Source of the DNA: Candidatus Latescibacterota bacterium
Lineage (GTDB): Bacteria; Latescibacterota; UBA2968; GCA-2709665
Length of the DNA: 64,000 bases
Direction: 5' to 3'
Assembly (NCBI GenBank): GCA_965116875.1
Contig: OZ220733.1
Location: 1,248,001 to 1,312,000 of the forward strand
The translations under genes were made by a program, and so were the position numbers. This document shows, piece after piece, positions 36,200-46,603 of this stretch; position 1 is the stretch's first letter, and the number at the start of each line of letters is the position of its first letter. Under the pieces are notes generated by a model. That model was not told the origin of the DNA. It ran no database searches and worked only from the letters and a program-made list of their open reading frames with translations.

Positions 36200-37357
36200 A
36201 TGACGCGGGTTTCGCTGCTTGGGTCTACGGGATCGATCGGCACCAGTACGCTGGACGTACTCGCCGGTCTGCCTGAACGATTCGAAGTGGAATGCCTCAG
36301 CGCGGGAAGCAACGTCGATCTGCTCTGCGATCAGGTGACGCGTTTCCGGCCGAAACGGGTTTGCGTGGGAGAGGAGCACGCAAAGGAGGCGGGCGGAAGA
36401 AGAGAGTTGAAGGGTGTGGAGCTGTTGCATGGTTCTGACGGACTTATCGCGTTGGCGACCGACTCCGGGGTGGATCTGGTAATCAACGGGCTGGTTGCCG
36501 GGGTAGGACTGCGGCCAACCCTGGCGGCGGTAGAGGCAGGCAAGGACGTCGCTATTGCGAATAAGGAGACGCTGGTGGTAGCGGGCCACCTGGTCACGGA
36601 ACTCGCGGCACGCAACGACGTGCGGTTGATCCCGCTGGACAGCGAACTCACACCCCTGTGGCAGAGCCTGCAGGAAGTTTCGACCGAGCAGGTGACCCGC
36701 ATCGTGCTTTCCGCCTCAGGAGGTCCGTTTTTCGATATGCCCCTGGACGAGATGGCCCGCGCTACGCCCGAAGCGGCCCTCCGTCATCCAACCTGGCGGA
36801 TGGGACCGAAGATCACCATCGATTCCGCTACACTGATGAACAAGGGTTTCGAGGTGATCGAATCCCGCTGGTTTCTCGGGCTCGACGTCGAACAGATCGA
36901 CGTCGTGATTCACCGGCAGTCAATCGTTCATTGTCTGGTGGAGTTCCTGGACGGAAGCCTCACCGCGCACCTGAGCCGCCCCGATATGCGACTGCCCATT
37001 CAACAGGCATTGACCCACCCCGACCGGCTGCCGACTTCCGTCCCGTCGCTGGACCTCGTGTCCACGGGTTCTTTAAGCTTTCACGCGCCGGACATGGAGC
37101 GATTTCCCTGTCTTGCGCTTGCTTATGAAGTGTGTCGCGCGGGAGGTACGGCGGCGGCGGTACTCAATGCAGCCAACGAAATCGGCGTCGATTCCTTTCT
37201 GACCGGACGCATCGGGTTTCTGGATGTACCGGACGTCGTGCGAGGGACCCTCGATGCGCATGTCAACGCGTCCGGTTCGAATCTCGACGCGGTGTTCGAA
37301 GCGGACCGCTGGGGGCGGGAGAAGGCGAGGGAAATCGTGGCGCGCATTGTACGTTGA
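36200..37357 (+). CDS. dxr: 1-deoxy-D-xylulose 5-phosphate reductoisomerase
   Basis: LLGSTGSIG, ANKETLV, ASGGPF, HPTWRMGPKITIDSATLMNKGFEVIE. Confidence 0.96.
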   Translation: MTRVSLLGSTGSIGTSTLDVLAGLPERFEVECLSAGSNVDLLCDQVTRFRPKRVCVGEEHAKEAGGRRELKGVELLHGSDGLIALATDSGVDLVINGLVAGVGLRPTLAAVEAGKDVAIANKETLVVAGHLVTELAARNDVRLIPLDSELTPLWQSLQEVSTEQVTRIVLSASGGPFFDMPLDEMARATPEAALRHPTWRMGPKITIDSATLMNKGFEVIESRWFLGLDVEQIDVVIHRQSIVHCLVEFLDGSLTAHLSRPDMRLPIQQALTHPDRLPTSVPSLDLVSTGSLSFHAPDMERFPCLALAYEVCRAGGTAAAVLNAANEIGVDSFLTGRIGFLDVPDVVRGTLDAHVNASGSNLDAVFEADRWGREKAREIVARIVR

Positions 37358-37377
37358 CGTCTTTCTCTAAGGCCTGA

Positions 37378-37409
37378 CAGCCCGTTGAAAAAGTCAATCC
37401 GGGCTGCTA
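37378..37409. repeat. Collapsed remnant of a second MITE family
   Basis: CAGCCCGTTGAAAAAGTC-AATC-CGGGCTGCTA; matches the ends of the element at 60469-60567. Confidence 0.5.
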
Positions 37410-37424
37410 AAGGAGTCTAGTGTT

Positions 37425-38732
37425 TTGGAATTTCTGGAAACCATCTTCTATTTTATCCTGGTGTTGGGCGTACTGGTCTTCGTTCACGAATTCGGTCATT
37501 TCATCGTGGCCAAGAGGTCGGGAATTCGCGTGGAGCAGTTTTCGCTGGGATTCCCGCCAAAGGCGTTCGGCATAACGGTTGGCGAGACCGAATATTGTAT
37601 TTCCTGGCTGCCGATCGGAGGATACGTAAAGGTTGCGGGAATGTCGGATTTCGGCAGCGCGGACGTAAAGCGGGAGCCGTGGGAATTCCAGTCGAAGCCG
37701 AGGGGAATTCAGATGGCGGTCATGGTCGCTGGTCCCATCATGAATTTTCTGCTCGGATTCATGCTGATATTGGGACTGCGCCTTGCACTTGGTGACTTTG
37801 TCTTACAGACGACGAAGGTAGGCAGGATCGAGGCGACGTCTCCGTTCTACGCGGCCGGATTGCGCGTGGAGGACCGGATTCTGGCGGTAAACGGAACCCC
37901 GGTGGACAACTGGGTCGGGCTGATCGATGCATTCAGCGCGGGGGACGTCGGTGACGTTGCCCTTGAAGTGGCCCGGGGCGACGAATTGGTGTTTCTCGTC
38001 GCCACACCCGATCCCGGGCAGGAGTTGGGTTTCGATCCTTTTCTCCCCTCCACTGCCGGATCGGTGATGCCGGGTTACCCGGCTGCGAGAGGGGGGATGG
38101 AGCCTGGAGACCGCGTGTTGTCGATCGACGGCGAATTCGTGAGCGGATGGGACGAGATGAGGAAGAAGATTTCCGCCAGGCCGGGACTGGAAACCGAGAT
38201 TCGGTGGTTACGTGGCAAGGAGGAGATGGCGGCGCGAATCGTGCCTCAACCCCAGAAGGGCGGGGGGCGAACCATTGGTGTGATCGGCATCGGTCCGTCT
38301 TACGAGCCCAGCGCCCGGGTGCCGGTGAAGATCGCTACCGCAATTGAACGCAGCGGACGGGACCTGGTGGGGTATACCACGCTGATTTTTACGTTGATCA
38401 AGCGCATCGTGATGGGCGAAGTGTCCGGAGGAATGATCGCCGGCCCGGTGGGAATCGCGCAAATGGCCGGGAGCAAGGCGAGAGAGGGTTGGGAAGCGCT
38501 GCTCGATTTCATGGCGATGTTGAGTATCAATCTCGCCGTCCTGAACCTGTTGCCGATTCCGGCGCTGGACGGCGGCCATCTGATGATCCTGAGCGTGGAA
38601 GCCATATCGCGGCGGTCGCTTTCCGCACGCCAGAAAGAGCGAATCCAGCAGGTCGGCTTCGTATTCCTGCTTGGACTCATGGTGTACGTGACTTTCGGTG
38701 ACATCGGCCGGATCTGGGGGATGTTCTACTGA
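37425..38732 (+). CDS. rseP: RIP metalloprotease RseP (two PDZ domains)
   Basis: HEFGH, PIGGYV, AGPIMN, NLLPIPALDGGH. Confidence 0.96.
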   Translation: MEFLETIFYFILVLGVLVFVHEFGHFIVAKRSGIRVEQFSLGFPPKAFGITVGETEYCISWLPIGGYVKVAGMSDFGSADVKREPWEFQSKPRGIQMAVMVAGPIMNFLLGFMLILGLRLALGDFVLQTTKVGRIEATSPFYAAGLRVEDRILAVNGTPVDNWVGLIDAFSAGDVGDVALEVARGDELVFLVATPDPGQELGFDPFLPSTAGSVMPGYPAARGGMEPGDRVLSIDGEFVSGWDEMRKKISARPGLETEIRWLRGKEEMAARIVPQPQKGGGRTIGVIGIGPSYEPSARVPVKIATAIERSGRDLVGYTTLIFTLIKRIVMGEVSGGMIAGPVGIAQMAGSKAREGWEALLDFMAMLSINLAVLNLLPIPALDGGHLMILSVEAISRRSLSARQKERIQQVGFVFLLGLMVYVTFGDIGRIWGMFY

Positions 38733-38761
38733 GCCGGACCGCGTCGGTTTCGTGTTGTCGC

Positions 38762-38802
38762 AAAATGAAGGCGGGTTTTCGAACCCGCCTTCATTTTTTT
38801 TT
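38762..38802. terminator. Bidirectional intrinsic terminator
   Basis: AAAATGAAGGCGGGTT-TTCG-AACCCGCCTTCATTTT plus T-run, between convergent genes. Confidence 0.9.
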
Positions 38803-39156
38803 GTGCGCCCCGCGCCTGCTTCCAGTGTTTCTCCTCTTCGCGGTCTTCTTCCATTGAACGAAAACGCTGTCGGCTTCAAGCGTTTCCATAATGCTGCCGG
38901 TCAGCGCTTTCAGGGCCTCGGGGTTCGTCTTCCAGGTTTCGGTCAGGCGTTCGAGGTCTTGCTCGGTGAACCCGATTCCTGCAAGTACGGCTTTTCGTTT
39001 GATAACGAGGCTGTCGGGATGCTCCGCATACCGATGGTGCAGGTGGATGATTTCGATAATGCCGTGTGCAAGTTGGCGTTCGTCGGGCGCGGATCCATTC
39101 CTTGCCGTGCAGGCCAGAATTCCGATGAAGAGGAGCATGAGTTTCGTCCGTTTCAT
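38791..39156 (-). CDS. Putative lipoprotein (DUF4296-like)
   Basis: MKRTKLMLLFIGILAC lipobox-like signal, helical body. Confidence 0.55.
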   Translation of the reverse strand: MKRTKLMLLFIGILACTARNGSAPDERQLAHGIIEIIHLHHRYAEHPDSLVIKRKAVLAGIGFTEQDLERLTETWKTNPEALKALTGSIMETLEADSVFVQWKKTAKRRNTGSRRGAHKKK

Positions 39157-39385
39157 TTCGAGAAAGATATCCGGAAGGGAACGGAAGGTCAAGGCACATC
39201 AGCCGGTGATGCGGATTGCGGCCGGGAAGAGCCTGCGCCATTGCACAACATCTGGTATTCACTTCGCGCCTTCCGCTTCGAACCCACTACATTTTCCCTG
39301 GACCGCTGGTTCTGCCATACATGTGCACACATGGTCACGGGGTTGTTTTTTTTGAAGATAAGGCGAAAAATCGTCTAGAAATCCC

Positions 39386-39450
39386 TTGACTTTTGTATGT
39401 CCTGGCCCTAATTTGGTGGTGAAAAGTGGTGGAAAGTGGTGTGTTGGGGA
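39386..39450 (+). promoter_or_regulatory. dcw promoter with MraZ-binding direct repeats
   Basis: TTGACT-17 nt-TAATTT followed by GTGGT at 39416, 39426, 39436 (10-nt period). Confidence 0.8.
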
Positions 39451-39615
39451 GGACAAGGAAGCTTCCGAAGACATCGCTCGAGCAGGACGAGCCCCGGCAA
39501 GTCAGTCGGGGCTTTTCTCCCGATTCGGCTCCTCGCGGGAGCGGCTTTGAAACTCCTTTATTGTCAATCGTGGATCTTGCCGGTGTAGAAGCTGTGTAAT
39601 CTCCGAGCGACACCC

Positions 39616-40071
39616 ATGCCCGACGAAACGCCATTGTTCATTGGAGAATATGAGGATATTCCCGTCGACAACAAGGGTCGGCTGATTGTCCCTGCCGCCA
39701 TTCGCCGGGTATTGCCTACTCATGTCAATTCGCTCGTGATCGCCAGATGGTTCGACGGGTGCCTGGCCGGATTCGATCCGGTAGGCTGGCAGCAGGTTCT
39801 GCAGCAGATAAGAGAGGGGAGCCATAAGGGAAGGGTAAAACGGCAAATCGCCCGTTGGGTGATGGGGGGCGCCGCCGAGACAAGGATCGACCGTCAGGGG
39901 CGTCTGCTGGTTCCCCGAAAACTGCTCGATGTATCTGAAATTTCGGATCGTGCAACGCTCAGCGGAGTAGGCAACAGGATAGAAATCTGGAATCCGGAGC
40001 GATACACCGCGGATATGAGCGACGTCGGCAAGAATCTGGAAGAATTCGCTGAGGACCTCGACATTCTCTAG
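39616..40071 (+). CDS. mraZ: Transcriptional regulator MraZ
   Basis: FIGEY..VDNKGRLIVP, IDRQGRLLVP, GVGNRIEIW. Confidence 0.95.
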   Translation: MPDETPLFIGEYEDIPVDNKGRLIVPAAIRRVLPTHVNSLVIARWFDGCLAGFDPVGWQQVLQQIREGSHKGRVKRQIARWVMGGAAETRIDRQGRLLVPRKLLDVSEISDRATLSGVGNRIEIWNPERYTADMSDVGKNLEEFAEDLDIL

Positions 40072-40081
40072 TGTTCCGTCA

Positions 40082-41029
40082 ATGTGCGGGGCCACGGATT
40101 TTCATACGCCGGTTCTGGGGCGGGAAGCGGCCCTTCGGGTGGTGAACGACCCGAACGGTGTGTACATCGACGGCACGGTGGGAGGCGGGGGTCACGCCGA
40201 ACACATGCTGCGGCAGATGGGCCGGCGCGGAAGACTGATTGGAATCGATCGGGACCCGGATGCGGTTCAGGCCGCCGCCAGTCGGCTGCGCGGATTCTCT
40301 CATCAACTGGAGATCGTCGAGTCGTCTTTCAGGGAACTGCCGGAAATCCTGGAAAAACTGAATGTAAAACGGATTTCGGGGGCGCTTTTCGACCTCGGCG
40401 TTTCTTCCCATCAGATCGATGAGGCCTCCCGCGGTTTCAGCTATCTCCGAACCGGACCCCTGGATATGCGTATGGGACCCGATGCCCCCCGGTCGGCGAA
40501 GGAGGTCGTGAATACATACTCTCTGAAGAAACTGACCCGGATTTTCAGGAAATTCGGAGAAGAGCGCGCCGCCGGACGTATCGCCCGGGCCATTTGCCGC
40601 CGGCGGATCCGGGAACCGATGAAAGACACATTCCAACTGGCTTCGCTGATTTCGGAGATCACACCGGGAACTCAGACAACGAAGACTCTGGCCAGGATCT
40701 TCCAGGCGATCCGCATTGAGGTAAACGGGGAACTGGACCAGCTTCCGAAGACTCTCGAGTATACGATCGCAAAGTTGACAACGGGCGGACGAATCGGTGT
40801 TCTGTCCTATCACTCTCTTGAGGATCGAACGGTAAAGAATGTGTTTCGGGTGGCTTCCCGGGGTTGCGTCTGCCCGCCGGACATGCCGGTTTGCGGATGC
40901 GGGCGGGTCCCGCAGATACGCGTGCTGACTCCCCAGGGTATACGCCCCGATGCGGCGGAGCGCGAGCGAAACCCGAGGTCCAGAAGCGCGACATTGCGGG
41001 TCGCGGAGAGAATTGAGGATCGCGTATGA
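40082..41029 (+). CDS. rsmH: 16S rRNA m4C1402 methyltransferase
   Basis: HTPVL, DGTVGGGGH, DLGVSSHQID, GPLDMRM, SYHSLEDR, NPRSRSA. Confidence 0.97.
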   Translation: MCGATDFHTPVLGREAALRVVNDPNGVYIDGTVGGGGHAEHMLRQMGRRGRLIGIDRDPDAVQAAASRLRGFSHQLEIVESSFRELPEILEKLNVKRISGALFDLGVSSHQIDEASRGFSYLRTGPLDMRMGPDAPRSAKEVVNTYSLKKLTRIFRKFGEERAAGRIARAICRRRIREPMKDTFQLASLISEITPGTQTTKTLARIFQAIRIEVNGELDQLPKTLEYTIAKLTTGGRIGVLSYHSLEDRTVKNVFRVASRGCVCPPDMPVCGCGRVPQIRVLTPQGIRPDAAERERNPRSRSATLRVAERIEDRV

Positions 41030-41358
41030 ATACCGGTTCCGAAATGAAGACATCGGGTGGTTACAGGTACGCACTCCTGACCATGGCGCTGGTGGTTCTG
41101 GGTCTTCTGGGTTATCTCTGGGTGCAGGCGCAGACCGTACGGCAGGGTGACGAGATCTCGCGACTTCGAACCGAGCGCCAGCAGCTTCTCCGCCAGCAGG
41201 AACGTCTTCGGGCGGAGATTTCGGGTCTCCGAAGAACCAGTCGAATCCGGGAGATCGCCACAGACAGGCTTGGGATGGTGTTTCCCCAGGGGCCGCCGCG
41301 AAATCTCTACATGGACCGGCGTCCGGACCGCCACGCTCCTTCCCGTCACAGAAACTGA
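41026..41358 (+). CDS. ftsL: Cell division protein FtsL
   Basis: TM + coiled coil + RIREIATDRLGM; position between rsmH and ftsI. Confidence 0.88.
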   Translation: MNTGSEMKTSGGYRYALLTMALVVLGLLGYLWVQAQTVRQGDEISRLRTERQQLLRQQERLRAEISGLRRTSRIREIATDRLGMVFPQGPPRNLYMDRRPDRHAPSRHRN

Positions 41359-41361
41359 ACC

Positions 41362-43458
41362 ATGCGGATTGAAGTGCGCCACATCCGCAGGCAGAAAGCC
41401 ATCTGCCTGCTGGGCGGTATCTTCGTTCTGGTCCTGACCTGCAGACTGGCTGCGCTTCAGGTCTGGACGGGTGACGTTTACAGCGCCCGTGCGAAGAAGC
41501 AGCACGAGACGCGGACAGTGTTGCAGGCGAACCGCGGTCGTATTCTGGACCGCAGGGGCCGGGTACTCGCAACGAACCTGGAAGCCCAATCGTTCTTTGT
41601 CAACAAGGTTGCCGAGTTGGACAGTCTCCGTTCCATCGCCGTCCGGTTTTCCCGAGACGATGGCGAGGAAAACGCCGCGCTCCTGCGTCGGCTTCAAAAT
41701 AAGCGATTCGTCTGGCTGGCTCGGAAGGTATTCAGCGACCCGCAGCAGGATCCGCTGCCGAAGGGTGTGGGTCGCATTGTCGAGATGAGGCGAAGCTATC
41801 CGATGGGAGAGCTTGCCGGACAGGTTCTGGGGTACACGGACATCGACAATCTGGGCATCGAGGGCGTGGAACTCGCCCGCAATTCGCTGTTGGAGGGCGA
41901 ACCCGGAGACATGACGTCCAGGCGTGACGCGCGAGGCGAGGCGCTGGGCGCTCTGGGCGTTGTGCGGAAAATGCCCGAGGATGGCCAGGATGTGATGTTG
42001 ACTCTCGACGTCGATTACCAGTCGATCGTGGAAGAGGAGTTGGCTGCCGCCGTGTCAGAGTTCAGGGCCGTGAACGGTATCGCCATCGTCACCTCGCCCC
42101 GGTCAGGTGAAATCCTGGCGATGGCCAACGTGCCACTGTACGATCCCAATCATTTCGGCAAATACGATGCCGCGGTCCGTCGCAATCGGGCGGTGACCGA
42201 TCTCTTTGAGCCGGGATCCACGTTCAAGGTGGTCGCTGTGGCGGGAGGGCTGCAGGAAGGCCTGTGGCGACGGGAAGATCGGATCTTTTGCGAGTTCGGC
42301 CGGATGCAGGTTCCCGGCGGCGTGATTCGGGACACGCATCCCTGCGGATGGCTCACGGTCCAGCAGGTTGTCGAAGAATCCAGCAATATCGGCACCGCGA
42401 AAATCGCACGAAAACTGGAGCCGGCGGGGCTGTATGAATACGTCCGGCTGTTCGGATTCGGAATCAAGACCGGCGTAGAACTGCCGGGTGAAGTCCCCGG
42501 GAACGTGAAGAAACCGACACGATGGTCCGGAAGAACGTTGCCATCGATGTCGATCGGGCAGGAGATTGGGGTAACGGCATTGCAGATGGCGATGGCCTTC
42601 GGCGCAATCGCCAACGGCGGTCGACTGATGGCCCCACGCTTCTATCGCCGCCTGTCACCAGACGGTTCCTGGGTGTCCGAACGCCCCCGTATCCTGCGCG
42701 AGGTCGTTTCCAGGGAAACGGCTGGAATCGTCGCTGAAATCCTCGAAGGGGTCGTAGAGCGCGGCACGGGCGCAAACGCGCGGGTACCCGGTTATCGCGT
42801 AGCCGGAAAGACGGGCACCGCACAACGGGCAAGGGAAGGGGGAAGGGGCTATGATCCGGACCGGTACGTTTCTTCCTTCATCGGCTTCTTACCGGTAGAG
42901 CGCGCCGAATTCGTATGTATTGTGGTCGTAGACGGCCCGAAGGGTATTCGCTGGGGCAGCAAGGTAGCGGCGCCCGTATTCAGCCGCATTATGAAACGCA
43001 TCGTGAGTATGCGCGACACGGAAGTGCGACATCGGGCAGTCGCTGAAGCCCGCGGGGAAGACGCCGCTATGGCATCCGCGCCGGTATTTGCGGGATTGTC
43101 CCGCACCGCAGCGAAGCGGGTCATGGATCGACACGGGATCAAGCCGGTGCAGCCGGGCAAAGACGCCGGGTTGCCGGTCGGTGCGCAACCCCCGCCAACA
43201 GGGAGCGGAGAATCGCGGCGCGCGGCCGTTGCAGCAGACACCGGGAAGACCGGTGACTACATCGCCACGCCCGATGTACTGGGGATTCCATTGCGCCAGG
43301 CTGTGGTTCAGTTGACGTCGTCAGGTTTGGCGGTGAGCGCCTCGGGGAGCGGGCGAGTCGTATCCCAGACTCCCGGCGCCGGGACCCTGGTTGCCCCCGG
43401 CACGACCTGCAACGTCGTGTGCAAACCGCAATACACCCCGATCCCTGAGGGCATGTGA
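41362..43458 (+). CDS. ftsI: Class B penicillin-binding protein FtsI with PASTA domains
   Basis: RGRILDR, EPGSTFK, SSN, AGKTGTAQ. Confidence 0.95.
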   Translation: MRIEVRHIRRQKAICLLGGIFVLVLTCRLAALQVWTGDVYSARAKKQHETRTVLQANRGRILDRRGRVLATNLEAQSFFVNKVAELDSLRSIAVRFSRDDGEENAALLRRLQNKRFVWLARKVFSDPQQDPLPKGVGRIVEMRRSYPMGELAGQVLGYTDIDNLGIEGVELARNSLLEGEPGDMTSRRDARGEALGALGVVRKMPEDGQDVMLTLDVDYQSIVEEELAAAVSEFRAVNGIAIVTSPRSGEILAMANVPLYDPNHFGKYDAAVRRNRAVTDLFEPGSTFKVVAVAGGLQEGLWRREDRIFCEFGRMQVPGGVIRDTHPCGWLTVQQVVEESSNIGTAKIARKLEPAGLYEYVRLFGFGIKTGVELPGEVPGNVKKPTRWSGRTLPSMSIGQEIGVTALQMAMAFGAIANGGRLMAPRFYRRLSPDGSWVSERPRILREVVSRETAGIVAEILEGVVERGTGANARVPGYRVAGKTGTAQRAREGGRGYDPDRYVSSFIGFLPVERAEFVCIVVVDGPKGIRWGSKVAAPVFSRIMKRIVSMRDTEVRHRAVAEARGEDAAMASAPVFAGLSRTAAKRVMDRHGIKPVQPGKDAGLPVGAQPPPTGSGESRRAAVAADTGKTGDYIATPDVLGIPLRQAVVQLTSSGLAVSASGSGRVVSQTPGAGTLVAPGTTCNVVCKPQYTPIPEGM

Positions 43459-43471
43459 CAAAAACCAGGTT

Positions 43472-44917
43472 ATGCGGCTGGACGAACTCATTTGCAGGAT
43501 TCCGGAAGCGCAATGGTTACACAGGGGCAATCCCCGGGTTACAGGTCTGGCCACGGATTCGCGCAAGGTTCAACCTGGCGACCTGTTCGTCGCCATCCGG
43601 GGCGGACAGCTTGCGGACCGGCATCGCTTCGTGCCGCAGGCGATCGCGGCTGGAACCGCGGCGGTGGTGGTGGAAGAGCCGGTCCAAGCGGACGTTCCCG
43701 CTGTCCGGGTGCCGTCCACGCGGAAGGCGCTGGGCGTATTCGCGGAATTCTTCTACGGGTCGCCGTCGCGAAGATTGCGAATGGTCGGGGTAACCGGGAC
43801 GAACGGGAAAACCACGACGGCAATGCTGATACATGCTGCGCTTGGGGCAGCCGTTGGAGACTGTGGATTGCTCGGGACGGTTGAATACCGGCTGGGCGGT
43901 CGCCGGATGCCCTCGTTCATCGGAACGCCTGAAGCTCACGACCTGCAGCGGCTATTGAAGGAAATGGCAGACAACGGCTGCGTCGCGGCGGTGATGGAAG
44001 TTACGTCGCACGGGCTGGCGCTGGACAGGGTACAGGGCATCGCGTTCGATGCGGCGGTTTTTACGAATTTTTCCCGCGATCATCTGGACTTTCACGGTTC
44101 GCTGGAATCTTATCTGGCCGCCAAGAAGCTGCTCTTTGACAACCTGAATCCGGATGCGTTTGCGGTGGTCAACGCGGACGACGAAGCGACCGGCCGCCTG
44201 TTGAGCAACTGCGTTGCCAGGGTCGTGTCCTACGGTCGATCCCCGACGGCGGATGTACGAATCGTGAACGCGGAAACCGACGGTTGCGGGACCCGCCTGA
44301 ACCTTGAAACGCACCGGGGAACCCTGCAACTCGCCCTTGCGCTGCGGGGGCGGTTCCATCAGATGAACGCCGCCGCCGCGGTTGCCGCCGCGCTGGCCAT
44401 GGAAGCAGACGCCGGGTCGATAGCCGCTGCCATCAGGGACGTACAGGTGCCCGGACGTTTTGAGAGCATTCAGGCAGGACAGGATTTCAATGTGATTGTG
44501 GACTATGCGCACACTCCCGACGCTCTTGGAAACGTCCTTCGGGCGGCCCGCGAGTTTACGGAAGGTCGATTGATCTGCGTGTTTGGATGCGGCGGCGACC
44601 GTGATCGCGGAAAGCGGCCACAGATGGGGCGGATTTCGGCACGGATGTCCGATCTGACCGTTGTGACTTCAGACAATCCCAGGACCGAAGACCCGGACTC
44701 GATTCTCAGAGATATCGTGTCGGGTGTCGGCGGTGCGGACCACCTCGTTGAAGTCGACCGGCGGAAAGCGATTTCACTGGCCTTCGATCATGCATCGGGG
44801 GGAGACCTCGTCGTCATTGCGGGCAAGGGACATGAAGATTACCAGGATATCGGTGGAAAAAAGATCCACTTTGACGATCGGCAGGTTGCAAGGGACGTCC
44901 TGATCGGCCGGTCATAG
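43472..44917 (+). CDS. murE: UDP-MurNAc-dipeptide meso-DAP ligase
   Basis: GVTGTNGKTT, MEVTSHGL, TNFSRDHLDFH, VDYAHTPD, TSDNPR, AGKGHE. Confidence 0.97.
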   Translation: MRLDELICRIPEAQWLHRGNPRVTGLATDSRKVQPGDLFVAIRGGQLADRHRFVPQAIAAGTAAVVVEEPVQADVPAVRVPSTRKALGVFAEFFYGSPSRRLRMVGVTGTNGKTTTAMLIHAALGAAVGDCGLLGTVEYRLGGRRMPSFIGTPEAHDLQRLLKEMADNGCVAAVMEVTSHGLALDRVQGIAFDAAVFTNFSRDHLDFHGSLESYLAAKKLLFDNLNPDAFAVVNADDEATGRLLSNCVARVVSYGRSPTADVRIVNAETDGCGTRLNLETHRGTLQLALALRGRFHQMNAAAAVAAALAMEADAGSIAAAIRDVQVPGRFESIQAGQDFNVIVDYAHTPDALGNVLRAAREFTEGRLICVFGCGGDRDRGKRPQMGRISARMSDLTVVTSDNPRTEDPDSILRDIVSGVGGADHLVEVDRRKAISLAFDHASGGDLVVIAGKGHEDYQDIGGKKIHFDDRQVARDVLIGRS

Positions 44918-44961
44918 CCGGCAATCAGGCGCCAATGGACCAGAGACGTCCGGTGACCTTA

Positions 44962-45123
44962 GAAGCTGTTTTAAAATTGCCGGTGAGTTCCCGAGCGCGA
45001 GCGAAAAAGCGGCGGTCAAGGCGGGAAAATCCGCCCATATTTGTCTATACGGGTGGATTTGACCAACGCCGACCGGCGCTTTTGCAGCCGTGCGAAGACC
45101 GCTGGGAATTTTAAAACAGCTTC
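44962..45123 (+). mobile_element. 162-bp MITE, copy 1
   Basis: 17-bp perfect TIRs GAAGCTGTTTTAAAATT, TTA duplicated on both sides, second copy at 50291-50452. Confidence 0.88.
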
Positions 45124-45142
45124 TTAACCCGGAACGACGGAT

Positions 45143-46552
45143 ATGGAAGGGATGACACTCGCTGAAGCAGCGGATGCAATGGACGGAGAGCTCGTTGGCG
45201 CCATGGATCCGGCAATCTGTCCTGTCGGAGGGTGCATCGATTCACGGGTGCTGAACGCGGGGGAGTTGTTCTTCGCACTCGAGGGAGAGCGCGTCGGAGG
45301 AAATCGGGATGGACATCGTTTCGTCGGCGATGCCCTCAGGAAAGGCGCATCGGCGGCTGTCGTTTCAAGGCGCTGGGCGGAAGACCGAAACCGCCAAGGC
45401 CTGTCCGGAGCGCTGATCGTCGTCGAGACGCCGGGCATGGCGCTGGGTGCTCTCGGAAGAACGTACCGCCGGCGCTTCCGGATTCCGGTGGTGGGCATTA
45501 CGGGAAGCAGCGGAAAGACGACAACCAAGGATATGACTGCCGCCGTGCTGAGTACCCGGTACCGTGTGCTGGCGACGGAAGGCAATCTGAATAACTGGCT
45601 CGGAGTTCCGCTGACCCTGCTGCGGCTTTCAATCACCCACGAGGCCGTGGTGATTGAAATGGGCATCAGCGAACACGGCGGTTTGAAATACCTGTGTGAA
45701 ATCGCCGATCCCACGATCGGCGTCATTACCAATATCGGACCTGCACATCTGGAGTTTTTAGGCTCTGTAGAGGGGGTGGCCAAAGCCAAAGGGGAACTCC
45801 TGGATCATCTTGAAGAGTCTTCAATGGCTATCTTGAATCTCGATGACCTGTACGTGTCCAAGGAGCGAGCAAGAGTAAAGGGGAGACTCCTGGGCTTTGG
45901 TATCGAGAAGATATGTCAGTTTCGTGGGGAGGGACTTGTCATAGACCAGGAGGGCTGCGGTCATTTCTCTCTGCAGGGCCGTTTTTTTCATCTGGCCGTA
46001 CCCGGCCGGCACCAGGTGTACAACGCACTTGCCGCAGCGGCGGTCGGCGCGGCGCTGGATGTGCCGGTTGAGCAGGCCGCTGAAGCGATTGGCGCGTTTC
46101 GACCGTCGAAGTTGCGCGGCCAGGTTGTCGAACGGAACGGAATTCGTCTATTGAACGATTCGTACAATGCCAATCCGGCCTCGATGCGGGCGGCCCTGGA
46201 GACATTGGCGAGGATGTCTATCGCGGAAGGCGGTCGCCGGGTGGCCGTACTGGGCGATATGCTGGAACTGGGACCATCGGCCGTTCAGAGCCACCGGCGC
46301 CTCGGGGAACTTGCTGCCAGAATCGGGATGGACGCCATTTTTGCGTTCGGTGACATGTCTGGTCAGGTGTCACAAGGGGGTGTTTCCGGAGGTCTGCCCA
46401 CCGACCGGTCGCGGGCATTTGTTGACCGCGAGTCCCTTGTCAGGAATCTCAAGACGTTTCTCAAGCCGGGCGACCTCGTACTGATGAAGGGCTCTCGCGG
46501 CGTTGCGATGGAAACAGCCGCTGAATCACTGGGATTTGAACTGAAACCATGA
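45143..46552 (+). CDS. murF: UDP-MurNAc-tripeptide D-Ala-D-Ala ligase
   Basis: GITGSSGKTTTK, GNLNNWLGVP, IEMG, NDSYNANP, LGDMLELG, KGSRG. Confidence 0.97.
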   Translation: MEGMTLAEAADAMDGELVGAMDPAICPVGGCIDSRVLNAGELFFALEGERVGGNRDGHRFVGDALRKGASAAVVSRRWAEDRNRQGLSGALIVVETPGMALGALGRTYRRRFRIPVVGITGSSGKTTTKDMTAAVLSTRYRVLATEGNLNNWLGVPLTLLRLSITHEAVVIEMGISEHGGLKYLCEIADPTIGVITNIGPAHLEFLGSVEGVAKAKGELLDHLEESSMAILNLDDLYVSKERARVKGRLLGFGIEKICQFRGEGLVIDQEGCGHFSLQGRFFHLAVPGRHQVYNALAAAAVGAALDVPVEQAAEAIGAFRPSKLRGQVVERNGIRLLNDSYNANPASMRAALETLARMSIAEGGRRVAVLGDMLELGPSAVQSHRRLGELAARIGMDAIFAFGDMSGQVSQGGVSGGLPTDRSRAFVDRESLVRNLKTFLKPGDLVLMKGSRGVAMETAAESLGFELKP

Positions 46553-46603
46553 ACGAAGGCTACGCAGCGGGACGGTTCGGCGGGAGAATGTTGAGATATC
46601 TTC

